The position numbers and the translations under genes are program-made. Below, in pieces: positions 35,427 through 43,799 of a stretch of 43,799 nt of DNA. Source of the DNA: an uncultured Isosphaeraceae bacterium (GTDB taxonomy: Bacteria > Planctomycetota > Phycisphaerae > Phycisphaerales > SM1A02); NCBI GenBank assembly GCA_964631295.1, contig CAZVXI010000001.1:1-43799 (forward strand). Direction: 5' to 3'. Every line of letters begins with the position of its first letter. Within the stretch, counting starts at the first letter, position 1. The notes under the pieces are model-generated. The model saw only the letters and a list, made by a program, of their open reading frames with translations, made no database searches and was not told where the DNA came from.

Positions 35427-36368
35427 TCAATCGAACGCTGCGCTGACCGAGGGCGGATCCACGCTCTCCAGGTTCAGGTTGGTCTGAATCCGGAAGTTCG
35501 ATTGAGTGCGGTGGCGTTCGGCAAAGTAGAAGCTCAACGAGTACATCTCGCCGTGGGACAACCCAAGCCGATCAAGATCCACGTACTGCGACTCCGCGGC
35601 GTGGACTCCGCCGAGGTCAATGACAAGCTTGCCATCAATGAACACCCAGACGTCGTCGTCACCTGTGAACTTGAAGACCTGCTCCGCTTCCTCGTCGTAC
35701 CGGAACTCAGTGTGCAGTTCGAACGTGAAGTGGAAGTTGCGATCCGGCGAGCCGCCAGAGTTGCCGAACAACTCATCCTCGACCGGGAAGAAGCCCCCAA
35801 GCGCGTCGTACAGATCGTCGTTCTTGTCATCGAAGACGTATGACCCATCTTCCTGCAGGTGCAATGCGAGTGTGAGCGGCTTGGAAATGTTCACGCCCGG
35901 GACATCTGAAAACCACTGATTGAACGACGCCGCCGACGTGATTCCGCCCGAACTTGACCCTGACGACGAGCCAGCACTGTCACCGGCATCTTCATCGTAG
36001 AGATGGTGACAGATCGGACGCCCTTGCGAGTCGGTCCACTGCGTACCAACTTTGAATCCCTCTCCGGTGAAGACAGGCTTGCCGTTTGATCCAAGATAGC
36101 GGTCCACATTGCCCGCATACAGGCCGAACCCGAGGTTGGGCCGCTCCTCAAAGTCCGGATGCCCGCCGGTCGCCGTCTGCTCCCGGAAGTCGCGGACGAC
36201 GCCGGTCAGTTCGAGTACCGAGGGCTGACTCGTGTCATCGTCGGCGACCATCGGCGTAGATGCCAAAGCCGGGATGCTCGTTGCACTCCACCCAATCGCA
36301 CACACCGCGCCGGCAACTGCCGGGATCAACACATACTTCCCCGTAAACTGTGCTTGCTGCTTGTTCAT
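35427..36368 (-). CDS. Secreted fibro-slime (PA14-like) domain protein
   Basis: The ATG at 36368 is preceded by GGAAGGAGA. N-terminal signal/TM segment. FFPVEDELFGNSGG...RNFHFTFELHTEFRY...FKFTGDDDVWVFIDGKLVIDLGGVHAAES...YSLSFYFAERHRTQSNFRIQTNL matches the fibro-slime/PA14 signature as I remember it. Confidence 0.85.
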   Translation of the reverse strand: MNKQQAQFTGKYVLIPAVAGAVCAIGWSATSIPALASTPMVADDDTSQPSVLELTGVVRDFREQTATGGHPDFEERPNLGFGLYAGNVDRYLGSNGKPVFTGEGFKVGTQWTDSQGRPICHHLYDEDAGDSAGSSSGSSSGGITSAASFNQWFSDVPGVNISKPLTLALHLQEDGSYVFDDKNDDLYDALGGFFPVEDELFGNSGGSPDRNFHFTFELHTEFRYDEEAEQVFKFTGDDDVWVFIDGKLVIDLGGVHAAESQYVDLDRLGLSHGEMYSLSFYFAERHRTQSNFRIQTNLNLESVDPPSVSAAFD

Positions 36369-36674
36369 ACATCGTCTCCTTCCGACCTCCAACCTGCGAT
36401 CCACGACGCCTCACCAGCGTCTGCGGCTGTGACCTCCGCATCGAAGGCCGTCCAGATCAACGATACGATTCGCCACGCGGGGTCCAAACGCACTCCACGG
36501 ACGCCGCAGAGTCCGGCGCGAGCCTGTAACGCCTCTGCCGGCTGGTGAAGAACCTGCCTCGCCATCCAAGATCATCGAACTCTGCACTCGGACCTGCGAC
36601 ACTGGAGAATGTTCGTGCCAGCGGCCGATGTGCTGGCAGTTCTCGGACTTTCTGTTCACGATCATGGATGAGAC

Positions 36675-38087
36675 ATGGACGCATTTCATATTCGAGGCGG
36701 TTCTCGCCTGAGCGGCACGATCGCGGTTGACGGTTCGAAGAACGCGGCGCTGCCGCTCATGGCTGCAGCGCTGCTCGCCGACGAGTCGATCACGCTGCGT
36801 GGTATTCCGGACCTGTCCGATATCCAGAATATGACGCGCCTCCTCGCGGAATTGGGCTGTCAGAACGACGGTGACCACGGCACCATTCGACTGAGCAACG
36901 TCGATACGACGGCCACCCACGCCCGATACGACATTGTCCGCACAATGCGGGCCAGCATTTGCGTTCTCGGACCGATGCTCGCTCGCCGCGGCCGAGCATC
37001 TGTTGCGATGCCCGGCGGGTGCGCGTTCGGGCACCGGCCTGTCGACCTGCACCTCCGGGGACTGGAAGCGCTCGGTGCCAGGATCGAACTTGATGGCGGC
37101 AACATCATCGCGACGGCAGAGCGCCTGAAGGGGGCGACGATCTTCCTTGGCGGGCCCTTCGGCTCGACGGTTCTCGGAACTGCCAATGTAATGTCTGCTG
37201 CAACACTTGCCGAAGGTCGAACCATCATCGAGTCGGCTGCCTGCGAACCGGAGATTTCCGATCTCGCCGACCTGCTCAACGCGATGGGCGCGAAGATTCG
37301 TGGTGCCGGTACGCCACGGCTCGTTATTGATGGAGTCTCGCAACTTGGCGGGGCGGATCACCAGGTCACGCCGGATCGCATTGTGGCTGGCACCTTTGCG
37401 ATCGCCGCGGGTATCTCAAACGGCGATGTCACGATCTGCGACTTTCCATACGATCACCTTCTCGCCGTCACTGATGCCTTGCTGCGTGTGGGCGTCCATG
37501 TCGACCGAACTGATCTGTCGGAAGATCCCAAGCGCTGCACGGTCCGCGTGACAAGCGAGCGTCATCTCTCGCCCGTGATGCTCACGACACAGCCATATCC
37601 GGGTTTCCCAACGGACTTGCAGGCGCAGATGATGGTTCTTCTTTGTCTGGCGCGCGGCAACAGCATCATAACCGAGAAGATCTATCCCGAGCGTTTCATG
37701 CACGTTGCAGAGCTGACCCGAATGGGCGCGCGTATCACCCGGCAAGGTGCGACCGCCATTATCCAGTGCGCCGACCGCTTCGTCGGCGCGCCAGTCATGG
37801 CAAGCGACCTGCGCGCATCTGCATCACTCATACTCGCCGGACTTGTCGCTGATGGCGAAACGATCGTGAGCCGCGTGTATCACCTCGACCGCGGCTACTC
37901 GATGATGGAACAGTCCCTCAATGCGCTGGGTGCACAGATTGAGCGTGTCTCCGTCGAGCCGACCGCGGACGTGGAACCGCAACTGCATCGAAAGGACGCT
38001 GAGTTGCGGCCCACGTCTCCGCTTATCGAGACCGTGCCATCAGCCCGGTCGAGCTTACAGGGCAAATCAGTTGCCGAACTTGGATGA
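36675..38087 (+). CDS. murA: UDP-N-acetylglucosamine 1-carboxyvinyltransferase
   Basis: [35 protein letters not shown], active-site loop [15 protein letters not shown] (Cys retained), [14 protein letters not shown]. It carries a ~45-aa C-terminal extension beyond the usual ...LGAQIERV end. Confidence 0.95.
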   Translation: MDAFHIRGGSRLSGTIAVDGSKNAALPLMAAALLADESITLRGIPDLSDIQNMTRLLAELGCQNDGDHGTIRLSNVDTTATHARYDIVRTMRASICVLGPMLARRGRASVAMPGGCAFGHRPVDLHLRGLEALGARIELDGGNIIATAERLKGATIFLGGPFGSTVLGTANVMSAATLAEGRTIIESAACEPEISDLADLLNAMGAKIRGAGTPRLVIDGVSQLGGADHQVTPDRIVAGTFAIAAGISNGDVTICDFPYDHLLAVTDALLRVGVHVDRTDLSEDPKRCTVRVTSERHLSPVMLTTQPYPGFPTDLQAQMMVLLCLARGNSIITEKIYPERFMHVAELTRMGARITRQGATAIIQCADRFVGAPVMASDLRASASLILAGLVADGETIVSRVYHLDRGYSMMEQSLNALGAQIERVSVEPTADVEPQLHRKDAELRPTSPLIETVPSARSSLQGKSVAELG

Positions 38088-38092
38088 CTTGC

Positions 38093-38581
38093 TCAGCCCT
38101 TCTTGTAGACACTCGCACGGCGGCCCTTACCTCGCTTGACGATCTTGATCTCGCCAAGCGACTCGAGGCGCTTCATGGTTGTGCTGAGCACCGCGGGATT
38201 GACATTGCTCAGCGACACGCCCTGATCACCAAGGCTTGCCTTGACGTCTGCAATCGTAAACTGTCCACGCTGCTTGCCGACCGCATCGCGCATTGAATCG
38301 ATGAGTGTGCCAGATCCGGAACTCCTGCGACGGCGTCGCGTCTTCTTCTTCGTTTTCTTGGTCGTCTGCCTGGCTGATGCTGGCTTGGTGCGTGGCCGGC
38401 CGGGACCGCGCTTCTTGGGGCGGCCTCGTGGTGCGGGGGCTGAAGTGCCGTCGCCAGTCAAACTCCAAAGATGATCCAGAGCCTGAACGGCCTCATTGAA
38501 TTTCGCCTCGGCAGCAGCAATCGCTTCATCCCGCACCGCTTTCAACTCGCCTTGCATTGCTTGGTAGTCACTTCGTTTCAT
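38093..38581 (-). CDS. Small basic protein with AT-hook-like motifs and a C-terminal winged-helix-like domain
   Basis: The ATG at 38581 is preceded by GAGG (5 nt spacer). N-terminal helical/coiled segment, PRGRPKKRGPGRPRTKP (two GRP cores), a Lys/Arg tract TKKTKKKTRRRRR, then FTIADVKASL...VLSTTMKRLESLGEIKIVKRGKG. Convergent with murA, 5 nt apart. Confidence 0.6.
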   Translation of the reverse strand: MKRSDYQAMQGELKAVRDEAIAAAEAKFNEAVQALDHLWSLTGDGTSAPAPRGRPKKRGPGRPRTKPASARQTTKKTKKKTRRRRRSSGSGTLIDSMRDAVGKQRGQFTIADVKASLGDQGVSLSNVNPAVLSTTMKRLESLGEIKIVKRGKGRRASVYKKG

Positions 38582-38685
38582 AAACGCCTCGTTTCGTTGA
38601 GATTCCTTGTATTTCGATACACAAATCCGTGGCCGCAACATGGTCGACCATGGATACGAATCGCTGATTGTATGTTTGCCTGAAC

Positions 38686-39540
38686 TTATCGCAACCCACC
38701 ACGCTGCCGGATTATTTCATACGAGGCAATTGACAGGGCATTGATGACATTCAGCGATGGCACCGTCGCCCCCATTGGGACTTCGGCAACCACGTCGGCC
38801 ACTGCAAGAACCTCAGGGCTGATGCCGTGTCGCTCCGAGCCCACGACCAGAATCGCCGGAACAGTGGTAAACTCAACATCCCACAATGTTGTGCCACCCG
38901 CACCGCTCTCCAAAGCAATGATCCGGGCACCGCATGCGTCGCGAACAGTTATCAAATCGTCCGGCCAGACCGTGGTTTCCGACCAAGGCACGCTCAATAC
39001 GTGGCCCATCGATACACGTATCGATTTTCGATACAGCGGATCACAGCATCCAGGCGAAAGAACGACTGCATTCGCTCCAAATCCTGCTGCAATTCGGAAA
39101 AGTGAGCCAATGTTATCGACATGCGTGATTCGATCTGCCGCGACCACGAAGGGCCGATGGTGTTGACTTACAAGGTGCGCAATCTGACGCGATCCCGCGG
39201 GGCCGACGACGGCTCTCTCGCCCACACCCAGTACGCCTCGATGGATGTGGAACCCGCTGATCTCGCACATCAGATCGAGATCTGCAACAAAAATGTCGCC
39301 GCCGTAACGACACTGCTTCAGATCATCTCCAAGACTCTTGAGTGCCCGTGGCGTAACGAGCAGTGACCGCAGCGCATTGGGGATCGCCAGCAATCGTCGG
39401 ACGACCGATGGAGATTCTGCGATAAAAACATCAGATTGCCCGTGCAGGTCGCGATCCCGCACATTGCGAAAGGGTGCGATCCGCGCATCATCGCGTGCCA
39501 CAATGGTGGTCGGCAATCCCGGTGACGGGCTTGCACTCAT
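38686..39540 (-). CDS. TrmH/SpoU-family RNA 2'-O-methyltransferase
   Basis: SpoU methylase motifs are present: FGANAVVL, LVVGSERHGISPEVL and VPSLNVINALSIASYEI. The start overlaps the MlaD-like stop (ATGA). Confidence 0.85.
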   Translation of the reverse strand: MSASPSPGLPTTIVARDDARIAPFRNVRDRDLHGQSDVFIAESPSVVRRLLAIPNALRSLLVTPRALKSLGDDLKQCRYGGDIFVADLDLMCEISGFHIHRGVLGVGERAVVGPAGSRQIAHLVSQHHRPFVVAADRITHVDNIGSLFRIAAGFGANAVVLSPGCCDPLYRKSIRVSMGHVLSVPWSETTVWPDDLITVRDACGARIIALESGAGGTTLWDVEFTTVPAILVVGSERHGISPEVLAVADVVAEVPMGATVPSLNVINALSIASYEIIRQRGGLR

Positions 39541-40844
39541 GGTGCCGTCGAACCGAGCTTGAGCACCTCAAACAGCCGCTGCTGCGCGCGCTCGTAGTTC
39601 TCAAGAGATTCAACCACTCCCCGCGTGATACGCTCTCGAAGATCCTGCCGCTCTGACAATACCTCCGAGTGCTTGTCCAGCGAACGCTCGAGCGACTCCG
39701 AGGCGGCTCGCAGGTCAACAGTTGCAAGCGAGAATGAGCGTGCAGCATCATAAAGCAGTTCAAAATCGAGTTCATCAGGAGTTGGCTGATAAAGGAGTTT
39801 CCATGGATTGCGCCGGATCTCCTGGATTGCAAGTTTGAGTTGCTGAGATGCCAGATTGCCATTTGCCATCGTGTGCGACAGCGACGACGCCCAATCCGGA
39901 TAGTCGACGCTCGCCTGCTCCAGTACATCCGAGGCGGAATCGACCGCATTCCCGGCTTTCCCGAGCAATTCTTCAGCCTGCGCAAGCGTATGTTGCTCGA
40001 AACGTTCCGCAATCCGTTTTGAAGATCCGGTTGTTTCCTCAACGTTGGAAAGCGTGCTGTCGATCTTGCTTCGATTGTCCGTGATCACGGCGTTGGCAGA
40101 TGCGAGTAAGTCATGGCCTGCTCCAACAGCCTGGTCAAGCTCATCGGTGACCTCATTCGTCCACATCAGAAACGTCGAGACCCTGCCCGTCCATTCCGGC
40201 CAATCCTCCTGGTTGATACGCGTGACGAGTTGACCGATTTCTGCAGAGGCACCGGACACATTGCCGGTGATGGTCTCTGTATCGCTGAGGATCTGATCAA
40301 TCGCTTGGTCATACGAAGAGAACTCATCAGTGAATGCTGCAACATTCGCCATGATTCGTCCACCATCAGCACCGAGCAGCGTCTCCAGCATCGAGGCTGA
40401 CTCACCAGCGATGACGTTGTCGGCGTTGGCCACCTGTTGTTGATCGGCGTGCCCGCCGAAGTTGACGATCTCAAGCCATGCATCGGAACCAATAAGTGGC
40501 CCCGCAACGTAAATACGCGCATCGGTGTACAAGGCAAACCGATCGTCGAGTTCAAACTGGACGCGAATGACGTCGCCGAACGTATCAGAGTCAGGTGAGC
40601 GAGCAGGCTCGACGACGGTCACCCGCCCCATTGACAATCCACCGACGCGCACCGTCGAGCCGGGCTGGAGGTTTGCAACACCCGAAGCAACATCAAACTG
40701 AACGATGTAGTCGTTGCGCTTCTGCAGGACAGCGCTTGCGATGTCAGAAAGACTGAGAATCACCGCAAGCCCAAGCAGTATTGCGACCAGCATGAAGACA
40801 CCTGCTCGTACATTGTTGCGTTGTCGCTCTGATTGCCCTGGCAT
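39537..40844 (-). CDS. MlaD/MCE-domain protein with a long C-terminal helical region
   Basis: N-terminal TM helix (VRAGVFMLVAILLGLAVILSL). MCE fold pattern YIVQFDVASGVANLQPGSTVRVGGLSMGRVTVVEP...VQFELD...LYTDARIYVAGPLIGSDAWLEI. About 300 aa of helical/coiled-coil tail. Confidence 0.8.
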   Translation of the reverse strand: MPGQSERQRNNVRAGVFMLVAILLGLAVILSLSDIASAVLQKRNDYIVQFDVASGVANLQPGSTVRVGGLSMGRVTVVEPARSPDSDTFGDVIRVQFELDDRFALYTDARIYVAGPLIGSDAWLEIVNFGGHADQQQVANADNVIAGESASMLETLLGADGGRIMANVAAFTDEFSSYDQAIDQILSDTETITGNVSGASAEIGQLVTRINQEDWPEWTGRVSTFLMWTNEVTDELDQAVGAGHDLLASANAVITDNRSKIDSTLSNVEETTGSSKRIAERFEQHTLAQAEELLGKAGNAVDSASDVLEQASVDYPDWASSLSHTMANGNLASQQLKLAIQEIRRNPWKLLYQPTPDELDFELLYDAARSFSLATVDLRAASESLERSLDKHSEVLSERQDLRERITRGVVESLENYERAQQRLFEVLKLGSTAP

Positions 40845-40855
40845 GCCGTTCTCCG

Positions 40856-41752
40856 TTACTTCATGACGCGCGTCGCCTGGACGGACGGCGTCTCGCCAAG
40901 AATCGTGGGTAGTTCGCCCAGCAGATCCTCAGCATAGTTCGTCTCCTCACGACGTCTGGTAATCGGCCCCTCTGCATCGCCCCGAAGAAACTGCCTGATC
41001 ATCTGGTTCGTTTCACTGTAAGTCCCCGCTTCGTCATCTGCGAGATCACGCAGTCGCTCGAACTGTTCGCGATCATCGACCATGACCATTCGGCCCTTGT
41101 CAAGCATGGCCATTCGATCAGCAACGGTGAATGCCGAGTCCATCTCATGCGTGACAACCACACTCGTGACACCGAGTTTCTGCGTGAGATCAATAATCAG
41201 TCGGTCAATCTCAGCGGATGTGACAGGGTCGAGACCGGCAGAGGGCTCATCGTAAAAAAGAATCTTCGGATCGAGTGCGAGAGCACGGGCGAGGCCGGCG
41301 CGCTTCTTCATGCCTCCGGAAATCTGGGCCGGGTACTTATCTGCATGTTGCCGCAGACCCACGAGTTCGAGCTTGATCTTGACCATGATCTCGATCGTTG
41401 AGCGATCCAGCGACGTGTGTTCTTCCAGAGGCAGCGCGACGTTCTCTGCGATCGTCATGGACTGGAAAAGCGCGCCGGATTGAAAGAGGATCCCGAACTT
41501 CTTGCGGACGTCATTCATGCCCTCTTCATCAAGGCGTGCGAGATCCTGCCCGAACATCGAGACTGTTCCACCATCTGCTGGAAAGGAACCAATCATCGTG
41601 CGCAGCATGGTGCTCTTACCCGAGCCGCTGCCCCCCATAATGACCATCGTCTCGCCAGCCTTGACATCAAGATTGATGTCCGCGAGGACCACGACCTCGC
41701 CGAAGCGCTTCACGAGGTTGCGAACCTCGATGATGGTTTCCGACTCGCTCAT
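40856..41752 (-). CDS. ABC transporter ATP-binding protein (MlaF-like)
   Basis: Walker A GGSGSGKST, Q-loop, signature ISGGMKKR, Walker B ILFYDEPSAGLD and H-loop VVVTHE. The start overlaps the upstream stop (ATGA). Confidence 0.9.
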   Translation of the reverse strand: MSESETIIEVRNLVKRFGEVVVLADINLDVKAGETMVIMGGSGSGKSTMLRTMIGSFPADGGTVSMFGQDLARLDEEGMNDVRKKFGILFQSGALFQSMTIAENVALPLEEHTSLDRSTIEIMVKIKLELVGLRQHADKYPAQISGGMKKRAGLARALALDPKILFYDEPSAGLDPVTSAEIDRLIIDLTQKLGVTSVVVTHEMDSAFTVADRMAMLDKGRMVMVDDREQFERLRDLADDEAGTYSETNQMIRQFLRGDAEGPITRRREETNYAEDLLGELPTILGETPSVQATRVMK

Positions 41753-42483
41753 TGGTCTGCGCTTGGTTCCTGTTTCGCGGCAGGATCGCCGCCAGTTGTT
41801 TCGTCGGGGCCGGCCAACGAGATCGCGTCGGCCGGATACGCCAGATGCCCTCGATCCGCATCGATGATCACTATCGACTCAAAGCGGCCGACGAAGCCAG
41901 ATTGCGACGTGGTGACAAACTGCGCTCTCGCTCGCACGCTGCCGGCATCGAATTTGAGCACATATGGGATCGTCAATCCTGACCCGACGGTTCCCACCGC
42001 CTCTCGGGTGGAATCCTGCGCTGAGCCGAGAAATGTGCCATAGCGTCGTGATAGTTCGCTCAGGAACATCGCTGCTTCGGTATCAGTCTGCTCGGCTGCC
42101 TTGCCAGCAAGAGCCGACTTGAAACCAGCTATGTCGCCGGCGAAACCTCGCTCGAGTGCCTGCTGTGGGCCAACAAGCATTGGCCTGCGGACGTTCACTT
42201 GCCACCATGCATAGCCACCGATCGACATGGCCGTTGTGATAACGCCGATCGCAATCCCGGCCTGCGCGAGCCCTTTGCCACGCAGTGACGCGGTTTTCAT
42301 CTCCTGCAGAGCCTTCCAGCCGAGCAACGGGCCGACCATCGTGAAGACCGGGCAGCACACGAGCAGGCTCGCCATCACTGACATCACCGCCCAGACGCTC
42401 AGGCGAGCGTCCGGGCCAGCTTGGATCGGTGCATACTCGTCGGCCTGCTCAACCATCGGCCCCGTCTTCTCCGGAGGTGTCAT
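41749..42483 (-). CDS. Small 2-TM membrane protein with a C-terminal soluble domain (paralog of 42449-43246)
   Basis: Start ATG at 42483 (GGAGGTG upstream) or ATG at 42453; ORF 41749-42777 extends further upstream into the neighbouring gene. Two hydrophobic helices (VWAVMSVMASLLVCCPVFTMVGPLLGW; GIAIGVITTAMSIGGYAWW), then a ~130-aa domain aligning with the upstream paralog (...L..RYG.F......). Confidence 0.6.
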   Translation of the reverse strand: MTPPEKTGPMVEQADEYAPIQAGPDARLSVWAVMSVMASLLVCCPVFTMVGPLLGWKALQEMKTASLRGKGLAQAGIAIGVITTAMSIGGYAWWQVNVRRPMLVGPQQALERGFAGDIAGFKSALAGKAAEQTDTEAAMFLSELSRRYGTFLGSAQDSTREAVGTVGSGLTIPYVLKFDAGSVRARAQFVTTSQSGFVGRFESIVIIDADRGHLAYPADAISLAGPDETTGGDPAAKQEPSADQ

Positions 42484-43246
42484 CACCTGCACCTCCTGCA
42501 CCCCCTGCCCCCGCGCCATCGCCACCCGCACCGCCACCGGTCGCGGTATTGCCTGTGCCAGAGCCGGTGGGCGCATCTTCGGGGAAGACCAGATCGCCGA
42601 GATCGGGATCGATGATGCGCATGTAGCCGAGCTTCTTGATGATCTCGCCCGTCCCCTGATCGGCGAAGAGCAGTTCGGCTTCCGCATCCACCGTCGCATC
42701 TGCGAACTCGATGATGTACGGAGCAACCATTTCTGCCTGGCCCGGCTGAGGCTGCCGATTACCCATCGCCTGCTCATCGAGCCGCGCGGACAAAAATGCC
42801 CCGTAGCGATCGGTCAGTTCGTCCATCAATGCTCTCACATCGTCATCAGTGGCATTGACGTTGTGGAACTCTGCCCGGAAGCCAGCGTAGTCGCCAGACT
42901 TGGCTTTCTCGAGAGCCGGGCCCGGTCCATCGACGACGAGTGCATAGAAGCTGTAGAAGAAGTCGTACGCCTTCTTTCCGCCGTAAAACTGCGCTCCGCC
43001 GAGCACGAGCCCGATGAGAACCGCAGCCACGGCCATACCCTTGCCGGTTCGTGGCGGGCTGATGGTCACAACGCCGATGAGGCCCAGCAAAACGCCGAGC
43101 GGCGCGGTGAGCATGCCGAGACACGGAATCAATGCAAGCAGGCTCATCACAAGTGCGGTGATCGCCACGCCACTTTTCTTGGCTGGTTGCCCGCCACCCA
43201 TGCCTGCGTCCATGTCACCCTGATACGGATTATCCATCTGCGTCAT
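42449..43246 (-). CDS. Small 2-TM membrane protein with a C-terminal soluble domain and a Gly/Ala/Asp-rich tail (paralog of 41749-42483)
   Basis: The ATG at 43246 is preceded by AGGAG (8 nt spacer). MTQMDNPYQGDMDAGMGGGQ, two helices (VAITALVMSLLALIPCLGMLTAPLGVLLGLIGV; MAVAAVLIGLVLGGAQFYGG), then ...DELTDRYGAFLSA... It is the first gene of the operon, divergent from murD. Confidence 0.6.
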   Translation of the reverse strand: MTQMDNPYQGDMDAGMGGGQPAKKSGVAITALVMSLLALIPCLGMLTAPLGVLLGLIGVVTISPPRTGKGMAVAAVLIGLVLGGAQFYGGKKAYDFFYSFYALVVDGPGPALEKAKSGDYAGFRAEFHNVNATDDDVRALMDELTDRYGAFLSARLDEQAMGNRQPQPGQAEMVAPYIIEFADATVDAEAELLFADQGTGEIIKKLGYMRIIDPDLGDLVFPEDAPTGSGTGNTATGGGAGGDGAGAGGAGGAGDDTSGEDGADG

Positions 43247-43358
43247 TCGATCTGCTCCTGACCCTTGAGTCCGACTGTTTCGGCGATTCCACCCAAGTGG
43301 GCATACTACGTCTTTCGCGCTCACCCGGCCAACCACCGGCAATACACTGACGGCAACG

Positions 43359-43799
43359 ATGCCAGTCAACGCTCCTGTCACTACTCACTCACTCTGCAAC
43401 GCCCGCGTCACCATCATGGGGCTCGGCCGTTTCGGCGGCGGGCTTGGAGTCGCGAAGTGGGCGATCGGTCGCGGTGCACATGTCACCGTGACGGATCTTT
43501 GTTCCGAAGATGATCTGACCGATTCGATTGCCGAGCTGTCCAAACTGGCATCCGATGAGACATCCAATGGATCCGTGCGGTTCCACCTTGGCGAGCACAA
43601 TGAAGACGATTTTGTGAGCGCTGATCTTGTGATCGCAAATCCGGCCGTACCACGCCCGTGGAAGAACACCTGCCTGTGTGCTGCGCGCAGCGCCGGTATT
43701 CCGATCACGACGGAGATTCGGCTCGTTGTCGAGCAACTGAATCGCATGCGCACCGTCGGCGTCACCGGCTCGGCAGGAAAGTCCACAACGGCAGCGATG
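43359..43799 (+). CDS. murD: UDP-N-acetylmuramoylalanine--D-glutamate ligase, 5' part (runs off the window)
   Basis: Not in the ORF track because there is no stop in the window. My own translation from the ATG at 43359 is MPVNAPVTTHSLCNARVTIMGLGRFGGGLGVAKWAIGRGAHVTVTDL...ADLVIANPAVP...TTEIRLVVEQL...TVGVTGSAGKSTTAAM. The N-terminal Rossmann GLG..GGG and the Mur-ligase P-loop GVTGSAGKSTT are diagnostic. The exact start is uncertain. Confidence 0.85.
   Translation, partial: MPVNAPVTTHSLCNARVTIMGLGRFGGGLGVAKWAIGRGAHVTVTDLCSEDDLTDSIAELSKLASDETSNGSVRFHLGEHNEDDFVSADLVIANPAVPRPWKNTCLCAARSAGIPITTEIRLVVEQLNRMRTVGVTGSAGKSTTAAM

Noticed and set aside
17257-36404. Prophage or integrative element at the tRNA.
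   Set aside because: No integrase, transposase, phage structural, conjugation or plasmid-type genes were seen in any frame. The content is entirely exported surface proteins.
36411-37361. A 316-aa minus-strand ORF.
   Set aside because: It is antisense to murA and to its upstream region, is Arg-rich and of low information, and has no motif.
43385-43786. Minus-strand ORFs of 133 and 115 aa at the right edge.
   Set aside because: They are antisense to the clear murD reading frame (GLGRFGGG, GVTGSAGKSTT) that starts at 43359 on the plus strand.

Overview
High-GC bacterial chromosomal segment. The protein repertoire (FG-GAP/VCBS, parallel beta-helix, fibro-slime and TSP3 repeats, and C-terminal dockerin-like ...DLLxVLxxWGxC tails) looks Planctomycetota/Phycisphaerae-like, but this is inference only; no searches were run. 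The flanks are tightly packed housekeeping genes. On the left: a NapH-like FeS membrane protein, two secreted dockerin-tagged proteins, a ROK kinase, a PgpH-type 7TM-HD phosphodiesterase, and an operon of FeS/membrane subunit, molybdopterin oxidoreductase, Nfu_N protein and mutY. On the right: murA, a TrmH-family methyltransferase, MlaF/MlaD-like genes and the murD 5' end. In between, from tRNA-Gly(GCC) at 17185 to about 36.4 kb, lies a 19-kb block of ten minus-strand genes that all encode exported proteins. The main finding is that four of these (19166-23887, 24567-26777, 26987-29656, 33424-34587) share a roughly 350-400 aa module I cannot assign to any family I know. It contains an almost invariant WN.NETKFS.T.RC.TCWD core. 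The module occurs stand-alone, fused behind a 19 x 108-bp Cys-rich repeat array, fused behind a TSP3-like array, and once in circularly permuted order (B-A instead of A-B). A 49-codon relic of a CheB-like gene directly abuts the 3' end of the tRNA. Other observations include an MlaF/MlaD pair without a permease, a Tat-less Mo-oxidoreductase operon and REP-like hairpins at the window edge. All functional calls rest on motifs recalled from memory and need database and structure confirmation.
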